Of a stretch of 21,516 nt of DNA, positions 1 to 8,131 are shown one piece after another (within the stretch, counting starts at the first letter, position 1; each line of letters starts with the position of its first letter). A program made the position numbers and the translations under genes. The notes beneath the pieces are model-generated. The model ran no database searches, was not told the DNA's origin, and saw only the letters and a list, made by a program, of their open reading frames with translations. Origin of the DNA: a virus (lineage: Duplodnaviria > Heunggongvirae > Uroviricota > Caudoviricetes); the IMG/VR virus record IMGVR_UViG_2718218128_000003, positions 1 to 21,516 of that record; one strand, 5' to 3'.

Positions 1-137
1 CACAACATCCGAGGACAGCATCGTCCGCTGGCCCACAGAAGTCCGGAAAGTCATGGAAGGTCGTTGTTGGGAGGAGGTACAAATTCTCTCATGCAAAAAA
101 TACGTAAAATCGATAATAGCTGGAAATAATTCAATAC

Positions 138-198
138 ATGCACTCTCGAAAGTGCATCAGCCAACCGCAGAACGTTATTGCATACAACGTTTCTGCGG
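138..198 (-). terminator. Two adjacent stem-loops downstream of tfa (ATGCACT/AGTGCAT at 138-157; CCGCAGAACGTT/ACGTTTCTGCGG at 165-198); possible transcript end
   Basis: Inverted repeats read directly from the sequence just past the tfa stop; U-tract is weak, so this is tentative. Confidence 0.3.
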
Positions 199-212
199 CA
201 TAATCCCAATGA

Positions 213-797
213 TTACTCCCTGACAGGGTTCGTAGGCCACTCAATATCAGGTGCAGTTGATGTATCAACACGGTTCAGCAACACCCGATACTTTTTCCAG
301 GCTTCCAGCAATGAGGTTTCTTCCTCCGTTGCAATTTCCAGATCTGCAGCATCCTGAAGCGGCGCAATATGCTCACTGGCTGCCTGCATCAGGCTGTTTT
401 TTGTTTCTTCCGCCTCCCGGATCCGGAACAGTTTTTCTGCTTCCGTATCCTTCACCCAGGCTGTGCCGTTCCACTTCTGAAACTCCCCTTCCGGGGATAA
501 CCAGGTGACATTTTCCGGTAATGAGCCGAGTTCAGAAATAAATAACGCGTCGCCGGAAGCCACGTCATAAACCGTTTTACCCCGATGATCTTCAACGAGA
601 TGCCACGATGCCTCATCACTGTTGAAAACAGCCACGAAGCCAGCCGGAATATCTGGCGGTGCAATATAGGTACTGTTTGCTGGCAGACCTGTATGAGGCG
701 GAATATATGCGTCACCTTCACCAATAAATTCATTAGTTCCGGCCAGCAGATTATAAATTTTTATGGTCCGTGGTTGTTCACTCATTCTGAATGCCAT
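213..797 (-). CDS. tfaR: Tail fibre assembly protein (Tfa chaperone)
   Basis: 194-aa ORF ([24 protein letters not shown]...) matching the Rac/lambdoid Tfa family as recalled. Its ATG overlaps the upstream stop (TAATG). Confidence 0.85.
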   Translation of the reverse strand: MAFRMSEQPRTIKIYNLLAGTNEFIGEGDAYIPPHTGLPANSTYIAPPDIPAGFVAVFNSDEASWHLVEDHRGKTVYDVASGDALFISELGSLPENVTWLSPEGEFQKWNGTAWVKDTEAEKLFRIREAEETKNSLMQAASEHIAPLQDAADLEIATEEETSLLEAWKKYRVLLNRVDTSTAPDIEWPTNPVRE

Positions 798-2125
798 TAT
801 GCAAGCCTCACAATATAGTTAAATGCGATGTTTTTGACAGTGTTTTCCGCGTTACCAGCAGCGTTAACGGTGATGGTGTGTCCATGTGAGCCAATCGCAA
901 CAGAGTGCGTATGAGCACCAATACCGACAGTATGTGCGTGAGCACCTGCAGATGCAGCTGTGCCGCTGACACTATGAGTGTGCGCTCCTGCAGCACTTGT
1001 ATTCACACTGGCCGCAGACACTACCTTATGTACTGACCCATTTTGTGACCACTGGCTGACTGCTGATGCGCCTGTGACACTATGAGTATGGTTTCCGGCA
1101 CTTGCGGCTGTACCGCTCACACTGTGCGTATGCGCCCCGGTGTTATTCGTGGATTTAGTGCCGTAATCAAACGACGATGTGGTTTTCGTCCCCAAATCCG
1201 TACTGGATGCGCTGGCGCTGTGGGTGTGCGATTTAATGCCGTCCTGTTCCTGAGACAATACGGCCCGACCACTGGCAGGTTTGCCCTTAATCGTCCAGCC
1301 ACGCATATCAGGGATCACGCCTGACGGATAAGCGGTTGCAAGTTTCGGGTAAGCAGATTTGTCAAAAGTCTGCCCCTGCATCAGGGCATAACCAGACGGA
1401 ACGGTATCTGATGGCCACGGGATTGGTGCGCCAGGCGGATAAAACTGCTCTGATGGCGTATAGAGTGAATAAACTGTACCGTCCGTTAACCCTTCCGGCT
1501 TATTAGCAGAATATGCTGGTGACGTATGAATAGTCACGCTGGCATTACTGGTATAATCCCATTGAATATTTACACCAGTCGCATAATTTCCGATTGCAAC
1601 GTAAATATCGTAAGTATCACCAGATGTATTGACCCAGGCAAAATTTGTAAACCCTGTCGATGTGCGCTGCCATAAAGCACCAGTAATCCCCTTCGGATTA
1701 CCATTACCGGGCAAAACATCCGTCAACAGTTCATCAATTTCTGTCGGGATGAAGCCTGTCAGGGAGACATCAAAATCAGCATTGATTAGGTCCGACAGCT
1801 CCATCCGCAACAGATCTTCATCCCAGCCAGCATTCATCGGCAGGCGATTATCTGCCAGGCGGTACGCCTTTTTCTGCTCATCCGTCAGGCCAGACAGAAC
1901 AATGACCGGAACAGAATCCATTTTGAGCATTTCAGCCGCCATAACACGACCGTGACCCGCAATAATTTCGCCCTTATCGTCAATCAGCACCGGATTAGTC
2001 CAGCCGAATTGCTTAATACTTTCTACCAGTTGTGCCACCTGCTCAGTACTGTGCGTCCTGGCGTTGTGCGCATACGGTGACAATTCTTGTAATGGGCGAT
2101 AGACTATCTTTAATTTCTCGCTCAT
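797..2125 (-). CDS. Chimeric ORF: N-terminal ParB-like nuclease domain (aa ~8-115) fused in frame to a side-tail-fibre C-terminus (tail-collar-like motif and His-x-His repeats)
   Basis: The N-terminus ([18 protein letters not shown]...[21 protein letters not shown]...LADNRL) has ParB/Srx-type motifs. From about aa 140 the sequence is tail-fibre-like ([36 protein letters not shown], then GAHTHSVSG repeats). It is translationally coupled to tfa. Confidence 0.7.
   Translation of the reverse strand: MSEKLKIVYRPLQELSPYAHNARTHSTEQVAQLVESIKQFGWTNPVLIDDKGEIIAGHGRVMAAEMLKMDSVPVIVLSGLTDEQKKAYRLADNRLPMNAGWDEDLLRMELSDLINADFDVSLTGFIPTEIDELLTDVLPGNGNPKGITGALWQRTSTGFTNFAWVNTSGDTYDIYVAIGNYATGVNIQWDYTSNASVTIHTSPAYSANKPEGLTDGTVYSLYTPSEQFYPPGAPIPWPSDTVPSGYALMQGQTFDKSAYPKLATAYPSGVIPDMRGWTIKGKPASGRAVLSQEQDGIKSHTHSASASSTDLGTKTTSSFDYGTKSTNNTGAHTHSVSGTAASAGNHTHSVTGASAVSQWSQNGSVHKVVSAASVNTSAAGAHTHSVSGTAASAGAHAHTVGIGAHTHSVAIGSHGHTITVNAAGNAENTVKNIAFNYIVRLA
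875..1231 (-). repeat. Imperfect in-frame repeats encoding seven His-x-His motifs (SHTHS, AHTHS, NHTHS, AHTHS, AHAHT, AHTHS, SHGHT) in the tail-fibre C-terminus
   Basis: Repeated nucleotide and peptide units ([15 protein letters not shown]) read directly from the translation. Confidence 0.7.
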
Positions 2126-2262
2126 ACAGCCTTGCTTTATGAATAAAACGCACCCCAGCAGCCAGTGCTACTGGGGACGGAGGTGTTGCTGGTAAAGTTA
2201 GGTATTGGATCAATGAGTGAGTCAACATAATATTAAACTCACAATTATAAATCAGCCATATA

Positions 2263-3720
2263 TTAGGAGCGCCAAAAAAAACCTGAAAACAATATAATAA
2301 CAGGATAAATTTCAAGGCGACCAAGAATCATAGCTATGCACATTAAACATTTTGCAATGTCATTAAGCACTCCGAATGACGATGCAGTAGCCCCAAAACC
2401 TAATCCCATATTATTAATACATGCAGCCACTGTTGCAAATGATGTAAGAAAATCATATCCCATACCATTTAACACCAGTATAAAAAACACCGTGAAGAGA
2501 GTATAAAGAAAAAAGAAACTCCATACAGACCTCATTACACGATCTGTAACTATCTTCCCTCCTACATTTACACTCAACAACGCTCTGGGATGAGAAAGCT
2601 GATTTATCTCGTGTTTGCTTTGTTTGAAAAGTATAAGAAATCGAAGTGACTTAATTCCACCACAAGTTGAACCTATACATCCCCCAAAGAAACTTGACAA
2701 CAGCAAAAACACTATCGTGTGCGTGGGCCAACTTGCATAATCCTGCGTAGCTAAACCATTATCAGTGAGCATGGAGCTGGCAAGAAAAAACGAATGAATA
2801 AAACTTCCATGCAAGTCATACATACCTATATGCCAGACCTGGAAAGAGGTAACAATGATCACCCCTAAGGCTATTAACAGAAAGAAACGAAGTTCAATAT
2901 CTCTGATTAAAGGTTTTATCGTTTTCCTGCTAATAACAATATACCAAAGAGTGAAGTTGAAAGCCGATAGCAGGGAAAAAGAACCAGCCACCAGCTCAAC
3001 CAAATAGTTATTAAAATATCCGATACTCTCGCTATGAGTTGAGAAACCACCAAGCGAAACTGTGGAAATCCCGTGACAAATAGCATCAAACAAAGGCATT
3101 CCTGCAAGTCTATAACAGACAATACAAGCAATACCTAATAAAGAATAAGTTATCCACAGTGTCCGTGACGTATCGGCCAGGCGGGGAGTGAGTTTGTCAT
3201 CCTTAAATGGCCCCGGCATTTCTGACTGATAAAGCTTTGCACCACCAATACCCAATAATGGCAATACAGCAACCGCCAGAACAATAACTCCTAAACCACC
3301 TATAAAATTTAACTGTGACCGATAGTACAAATATGCCCGAGGTAATGAACTAACATCATCAATTACAGTTGCTCCTGTTGTTGTTATTCCAGAAACCCCT
3401 TCAAACAGAGCATCAATGAACGTTAAATTAAGTTCTGAGTCAATCCATAAAGGGAATGCACTAATAACAGAAAACAAAATCCAAAACATTACAATTATAA
3501 TAAACCCATCACGGGTACGTAATTGAATGCCAGATTTCTTAGTTGTATACCACGCTCCGCCACCAATGCAAAAAAATATAACGAAAGTTATAAAGAAAAC
3601 AAACAGGCTTTTTTCTTTATAAAACAATGCTACAACCATTGGTGGCAACATTGAAAGACTATAGAGCCAAACCAAGAACCCACACATATGAGTAACAACT
3701 CTTACATGAGATGTATTCAT
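2263..3720 (-). CDS. trkG: Trk-system K+ uptake protein TrkG (prophage cargo)
   Basis: 485-aa polytopic membrane protein from ATG MNTSHVRVV...; the track ORF begins 6 codons earlier at TTG. Sequence and length match Rac TrkG as recalled. AT-rich codon usage. Confidence 0.9.
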   Translation of the reverse strand: MNTSHVRVVTHMCGFLVWLYSLSMLPPMVVALFYKEKSLFVFFITFVIFFCIGGGAWYTTKKSGIQLRTRDGFIIIVMFWILFSVISAFPLWIDSELNLTFIDALFEGVSGITTTGATVIDDVSSLPRAYLYYRSQLNFIGGLGVIVLAVAVLPLLGIGGAKLYQSEMPGPFKDDKLTPRLADTSRTLWITYSLLGIACIVCYRLAGMPLFDAICHGISTVSLGGFSTHSESIGYFNNYLVELVAGSFSLLSAFNFTLWYIVISRKTIKPLIRDIELRFFLLIALGVIIVTSFQVWHIGMYDLHGSFIHSFFLASSMLTDNGLATQDYASWPTHTIVFLLLSSFFGGCIGSTCGGIKSLRFLILFKQSKHEINQLSHPRALLSVNVGGKIVTDRVMRSVWSFFFLYTLFTVFFILVLNGMGYDFLTSFATVAACINNMGLGFGATASSFGVLNDIAKCLMCIAMILGRLEIYPVIILFSGFFWRS

Positions 3721-3857
3721 ATCTAAATATTCTTTCAATTATAACCACCTTGCTGCAATATTATGATTATACTGTATAAAATTTAACTCCTCTTAGATCT
3801 TACTTCACTGTTCCTTATGAAACAATCATCAAAATGAATCATATTGTAGTTAAGATT

Positions 3858-4322
3858 TTACTTTAAACACTGCTCGGTTATGTATTGCTGAGCACCTTCA
3901 AGTTGGGCCTGCATCATTACCAGTCGTTCCCGGAGGGTGAAATAATCCCGTTCAGCGGTGTCTGCCAGTCGGGAGGAGGCTGCATTATCCACGCCGGAGG
4001 CGGTGGTGGCTTCACGCACTGACTGACAGACTGCTTTGATGTGCAACCGACGACGACCAGCGGCAACATCATCACGCAGAGCATCATTTTCAGCTTTCGC
4101 ATCAGCTAACTCCTTCGTGTATTTTGCATCGAGCGCAGCAACATCACGCTGACGCATCTGCATGTCAGTAATTGCCGCGTTCGCCAGCTTCAGTTCTCTG
4201 GCATTTTTGTCGCGCTGGGCTTTGTAGGTAATGGCGTTATCACGGTAATGATTAACAGCCCATGACAGGCAGACGATGATGCAGATAACCAGAGCGGAGA
4301 TAATCGCGGTTACTCTGTTCAT
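3858..4322 (-). CDS. Rz-type i-spanin (inner-membrane spanin)
   Basis: Start taken at [17 protein letters not shown]..., overlapping the endolysin stop (ATGA). N-terminal TM segment followed by a coiled-coil-like periplasmic region; last gene of the lysis cassette. Confidence 0.85.
   Translation of the reverse strand: MNRVTAIISALVICIIVCLSWAVNHYRDNAITYKAQRDKNARELKLANAAITDMQMRQRDVAALDAKYTKELADAKAENDALRDDVAAGRRRLHIKAVCQSVREATTASGVDNAASSRLADTAERDYFTLRERLVMMQAQLEGAQQYITEQCLK
3917..4102 (-). CDS. Rz1-type o-spanin lipoprotein embedded in Rz in another frame
   Basis: 61-aa ORF with lipobox (LVVVGC) and a proline-rich stretch ([15 protein letters not shown]), entirely inside Rz. Confidence 0.8.
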   Translation of the reverse strand: MRKLKMMLCVMMLPLVVVGCTSKQSVSQCVKPPPPPAWIMQPPPDWQTPLNGIISPSGNDW

Positions 4323-4816
4323 TGCTGACCCCACAAACAGATTTCACGCTCAATCTCACGACGAGTCATGAGACCTTTCCATTGCTTACCGCCAGCATAT
4401 GTCCAGCGACGTAGCTGATCACATGCGCCTTTGATATCGCCCTGGTTTATTTTGCGAAGAAGCGTCGATGTTCTGAAATTGCCAGCACCCACGTTGTAAA
4501 CGAATGAGTAAAGAGCGCCGCGCGTTGTTTCCGGTATATCGACTTTGATGTACGGGTTAATTTGTCTGGCGACCGTGGCAAGGTCTTTATTCAAGAGTGT
4601 TTTGCATTCTGCTTTGGTATACGTTTTACCGAGCATGATGTCTTTTCCTGTATGCCCGTGACATACAGTCCATACACCAACAATATCTTTGTATGGTATG
4701 TAGCTGACACCTTCCAGACCATCGTTACCACTTGGGCCAGTGATTAACACTGATGCTATAGCAATTGCTCCGCCACCAATAGCAGCAGCAACGACTTTTC
4801 GTAATGATGGAGGCAT
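4319..4816 (-). CDS. SAR endolysin (lysozyme, phage 21 R-like)
   Basis: 165 aa with an N-terminal signal-anchor-release segment ([18 protein letters not shown]) and a lysozyme core; near-identical to the phage 21 / DLP12 RrrD-type endolysin as recalled. Confidence 0.9.
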   Translation of the reverse strand: MPPSLRKVVAAAIGGGAIAIASVLITGPSGNDGLEGVSYIPYKDIVGVWTVCHGHTGKDIMLGKTYTKAECKTLLNKDLATVARQINPYIKVDIPETTRGALYSFVYNVGAGNFRTSTLLRKINQGDIKGACDQLRRWTYAGGKQWKGLMTRREIEREICLWGQQ

Positions 4817-5031
4817 TATTCACCTCTCGCAGCCTTGCGCTTATCTTCTTTAATCTTGAAATAAAGGTTTGTCAGGTACGTCAGCAGGCCAAATACCAGA
4901 CTACCCAGCACACCGATTGCAGCCCACTGTGACGGAGTTACTCTATCGAGCAACTGTAAAAACCAGTAGCCAGCACTGCCTGCGGAGGTGCCGTAGGCAA
5001 TGCCTGTTGAAATTTTGTCCATGGATTTCAT
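4816..5031 (-). CDS. Class II holin / pinholin with dual-start motif (phage 21 S-like)
   Basis: [29 protein letters not shown]... with starts at Met1 and Met4, preceded by GGAGGTGAGG. The track ORF carries a 19-codon upstream extension that I trimmed. Confidence 0.85.
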   Translation of the reverse strand: MKSMDKISTGIAYGTSAGSAGYWFLQLLDRVTPSQWAAIGVLGSLVFGLLTYLTNLYFKIKEDKRKAARGE

Positions 5032-5130
5032 AGCCTCACCTCCGCACGGAACGGATGGCATAGTTATTATGTGTAGGCTTTCAGACACATCAATCAGAGC
5101 CTTAATTGATATATATGCTGGAGACGATGC

Positions 5131-5157
5131 AATATAAAAAGCTCGCCGTAGCGAGCT
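5131..5157 (-). terminator. Intrinsic terminator between the lipoprotein cassette and the holin
   Basis: On the minus strand, stem AGCTCGC/GCGAGCT with a 4-nt loop, followed immediately by TTTTTATATT. Confidence 0.55.
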
Positions 5158-5282
5158 AATAAAATGTATTTCTCTGATATTATTTTTATTTGTATTAGCT
5201 CAGACTTGACATCACAGGTTTCGTATATAGAACATCATCAAATCTGTCAGTTTGCTATGAATGAGATATAGTAATTGAAGAG

Positions 5283-5678
5283 CTAACCTCGCATGTCAAA
5301 GCCAGATTTCTGAAAATCTCTGTAGACTTCCGGATTGTTGAAGGCCGGAAATTTGGCTTTATGAGCTGCGGACTTTATCGCTTCGCAATAGGCTTTATCA
5401 CCGTTACTGGTAGATATTTTTAACGCCGTGCCATCCTGAGAGAATTCCATATGCAACCTGCATTTTTTCCCTTTCCAGTTATGCGGCTCATCAAGTTTGG
5501 CATTAATTGCAGCTCTGATTCCCCGCGCTTGCGCCCCCCATTCATCCTGATCATCCCAGCGTCCTGAACTGCAACTACCTGTAGCAGTAGTTTTGTGGCA
5601 ATCTGAAGGGTGTAAAGGTGTGCATCCCGCAACAAAACCGACCCAAAAAGTCAACATAACGATTTTCTTTAATCCCAC
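5283..5678 (-). CDS. Lipoprotein with a diverged TolA C-terminal-domain-like region
   Basis: GTG start preceded by GAGGAG; signal peptide with lipobox (MGLKKIVMLTFWVGFVAGC). The C-terminus (GKKCRLHMEFSQDGTALKIS...CEAIKSAAHKAKFPAFNNPEVYRDF) keeps the Cys pair and spacing of TolA domain III. Confidence 0.6.
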   Translation of the reverse strand: MGLKKIVMLTFWVGFVAGCTPLHPSDCHKTTATGSCSSGRWDDQDEWGAQARGIRAAINAKLDEPHNWKGKKCRLHMEFSQDGTALKISTSNGDKAYCEAIKSAAHKAKFPAFNNPEVYRDFQKSGFDMRG

Positions 5679-5828
5679 TTCTTGCTCCTCAATCCATTAA
5701 AATCTCAGCAATAGTAGTTGTTACGTCCGCCACTGGCTCAGAGCTGACTATCCGCTAAATTTAGCTCAGTGCCGTAGCTGTGTCAGAACAAACCTAAGCC
5801 GAAACCGTTTATTACAAAACAATAAATA

Positions 5829-6257
5829 TCAGGGTTTAAAATCCAGCACCCCATTTTGAAATACTTTATATACTTCCGGCGAAGGGGGGGCAGGTATATC
5901 AGCATTCTTTATCGCATTCATCGCTTCACGACATAAATCGAGGTCTCCACTTTCTCTTTTAACCTCCAGTAGAAGGCCATTCGGGGCCATATGCATTCTC
6001 AGTGTACACTCTTTTCCTGAATACTTACTCGCATCCCCGAACTGTTTTTCGATGGCGCTCTTGATTTGATGGGCATACAGACGGATATCCTCACTAACAT
6101 CAGAAGTACGTTCAGATGAACTCACATACTGTGTCTCTATTGCTTTATCGGAGTAATATGATGTACGGTCATGATAATTTGTCGATACAGCATCAGTGCA
6201 CCCGATAATAATCCCACTAATAATCAACGTAAGAATTGATGCGCTACGAAAACCCAT
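5829..6257 (-). CDS. Lipoprotein with a TolA C-terminal-domain (domain III)-like region
   Basis: ATG preceded by GAGGA; lipobox (IISGIIIGC). The C-terminal ~85 aa (YAHQIKSAIEKQFGDASKYSGKECTLRMHMAPNGLLLEVK...PPSPEVYKVFQNGVLDFKP) aligns end to end with the E. coli TolA C-terminus as recalled. Confidence 0.7.
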   Translation of the reverse strand: MGFRSASILTLIISGIIIGCTDAVSTNYHDRTSYYSDKAIETQYVSSSERTSDVSEDIRLYAHQIKSAIEKQFGDASKYSGKECTLRMHMAPNGLLLEVKRESGDLDLCREAMNAIKNADIPAPPSPEVYKVFQNGVLDFKP

Positions 6258-7194
6258 TTTTCCTCACATATGTCATATAGTAAAGGATTATATATACCGT
6301 TGTTTTGGACGCTCAAACAGCGAATCAGATCAAATAAAACGCACATTTGTTAACATTTACACAAAGTCTGCGTGGGATATTCTGAAAGAATATCCATAAT
6401 GTGGAGAGAATCTATTGAAGTGCATGGTGCCGGGTGCCTCCCGGTGAACAAAATGTTCGTGATACCTGTCGGCGACAGAAAAGGTTAATGGTATCACCCC
6501 ACCGCACAGGGGGATTCACCATGCAGGAGTTTTCTTAGCAAACTCACTGCGCGCCCGGCAACTCCCAACCACATAAAATGCGGAGTTTGTGGTATTTATG
6601 CATATAACTCGCAGGAATTATCTTAAAAAACTGATGTCGATCCGGATTAAAAAGAAGCAGGTCATCATCAGATGACTGGAAAAAAGGAAAACAAAAAATA
6701 CTCATCATACAGTTTTGATTGCAGGGATGAGCCTGCTATGCACAATATGCAGAATATAAGCAAGATAAAAATATGCAGGCATATTATTTCGGATTTTGTT
6801 ATTAACACAACCTTTTTAATAATCATTTGGCATACAATAAACCAGCCCAAAAAGAACCGCCTAAACAGGCGGTTGGTCAATACAAAGGATGCTTCGTCTT
6901 TATTATAGTAATCTGAGGCGTCGGGTGTCTTGTATCAGACAACATATTGTCCCGCTAAACAGCGAATTACAAACCACCCTGCAATGATCTCTCATCTCAT
7001 TTTATATGAGTTGACGACATCAGGATAACGCATCATCAGCCCCTGCCAAGAAATATCAAAACTCCCGCCAGCAATGTGTTATCACAATATTGTAAAAAAA
7101 ACACAGCACCGAAACTATAACTGGTCTCTGTTATAATTTGGAGCAGAAAGACCAGTTGCCCAACTAGCAGCATTCTCCCCTGCTTTCCTGACGT

Positions 7195-7221
7195 AAAAAA
7201 ACCGCATTGAGCGGTTTTTTT
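7195..7221 (-). terminator. Bidirectional intrinsic terminator about 80 nt downstream of the Q-like gene (tR'-like)
   Basis: AAAAAA-ACCGC-ATTGA-GCGGT-TTTTTT hairpin with flanking A and T runs. Confidence 0.55.
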
Positions 7222-7301
7222 ACGATGTCCATGTCTGCAATTCGCCTCGCGATACAGCTTTGCGAAGCATAGCAAAATTGAAGCAGTTTATACGTAAGAA
7301 A

Positions 7302-7844
7302 TCAAGCCATTTTCTCAGCAAATGATTCACGCATGGGAATATATAGGGCATACTCAGCAACAGCTAACCAATTAGCAATCCGTTTTTCGCATGTGCTAAA
7401 ACACCACTCTGGGTGTGCATCATTTAGCAATTCAGCCATTTTGCGCTTAGTCATCCCCCGCCCTTCATAGCGTTGCCGGAGAATGCAAATCAATCCTGGA
7501 TGCTCTGCCAGCACCTCACTTATGACTCGATCAATACATAACGCCTCTGCATCAGTACAATGCGCCAGCCAGCTCTTTTGCTTGCCGTTGATCATCTCTC
7601 GCAAAAACGCTTCCAGCTCAGCTTTCTCTATTCCCGCTTTTTTCATTCTGCGCAGGGCTTCATTAATGGCTGTTTTCGTCAGTTTTTTGGATGCCAACAA
7701 CTGATTGAACATATTCCCTGACCTGCCACCGCCAATATACGACCAGCGCCCCCACATACGTAGTTTTCCCTGAATCCAGACACTTTCCAGCGTGGTGAGG
7801 CGAAGGTGTTCTCCGCTTTTTCCTGTATTCGTTGGGTAAATCAT
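7302..7844 (-). CDS. Putative late-gene antiterminator Q-family protein
   Basis: 180-aa ORF immediately upstream of the terminator and lysis cassette, start overlapping the upstream gene (ATGA). Has an RWG-W-like N-terminal motif and C-terminal Cys pairs. Family assignment rests on position and motifs only. Confidence 0.55.
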   Translation of the reverse strand: MIYPTNTGKSGEHLRLTTLESVWIQGKLRMWGRWSYIGGGRSGNMFNQLLASKKLTKTAINEALRRMKKAGIEKAELEAFLREMINGKQKSWLAHCTDAEALCIDRVISEVLAEHPGLICILRQRYEGRGMTKRKMAELLNDAHPEWCFSTCEKRIANWLAVAEYALYIPMRESFAEKMA

Positions 7845-8131
7845 AAATGACCTTTCTTTCTCCAGATTTCTTGTGTGCGAAAAACCCCTTCAGCATGCAT
7901 CAGGCGCAATTCTTCTTTGGTGTAATCGCTGGTTTTTACCCGCCCGTCGATTAGATCGTGGCATTAGCTACAGGCTATCGCCGCCTGCATATCGTGTGGT
8001 TTTGTCGCTGTTCCGCACGTCCCCGCCAGCCTGTAATGCGCCAGCACAGAGGTTTCGGGATTGTGATTGCAGTAGCCAGGGATTCTGATCTGGCACATCT
8101 GGCCTTTAGCCGCTTTACGTAAATTCACCAT
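7841..8131 (-). pseudogene. ybcO-like (DUF1364, putative nuclease) gene interrupted by an in-frame TAA at about 7964-7966
   Basis: A single frame of 291 nt (the size of the 96-aa YbcO family) reads MVNLRKAAKGQMCQIRIPGYCNHNPETSVLAHYRLAGTCGTATKPHDMQAAIACS-stop-CHDLIDGRVKTSDYTKEELRLMHAEGVFRTQEIWRKKGHL. Both ends are translationally coupled to neighbours. The ORF track lists no ORF of 61 aa or more in this frame, consistent with the interruption. Confidence 0.55.

Noticed and set aside
1-212. Search for a pin invertase 3' end, inversion crossover sites or an att site at the window edges
   Set aside because: None of the three plus-strand frames of 1-212 gives a recombinase-like C-terminus, and the window ends at the integrase stop, so att sites cannot be assessed.
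251-1955. Track ORFs overlapping tfa and the tail-fibre ORF in other frames or on the opposite strand (251..508, 452..733, 585..818, 808..996, 1082..1324, 1117..1302, 1629..1955)
   Set aside because: They lie entirely inside well-supported genes, have no ribosome-binding site and low-complexity translations; typical shadow ORFs.
2043-3131. ORFs 2043..2324 (-) and 2916..3131 (-)
   Set aside because: They overlap trkG and the chimeric ORF out of frame; no independent support.
6196-7275. ORFs in the interval between the Q-like gene and the lipoprotein genes (6196..6399, 6668..6880, 6672..6908, 7036..7275), and a scan for tRNA genes there
   Set aside because: AT-rich sequence with no SD, mutually overlapping on both strands, low-complexity products. 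I saw no tRNA-like T-arm or acceptor pairing; treated as regulatory or spacer DNA.
7663-8088. ORFs 7663..7896 (-) and 7873..8088 (+)
   Set aside because: The first starts inside the ybcO-like C-terminal region in a different frame and runs into Q; the second is antisense to the ybcO-like gene. The coupled ybcO-like frame explains this region better.
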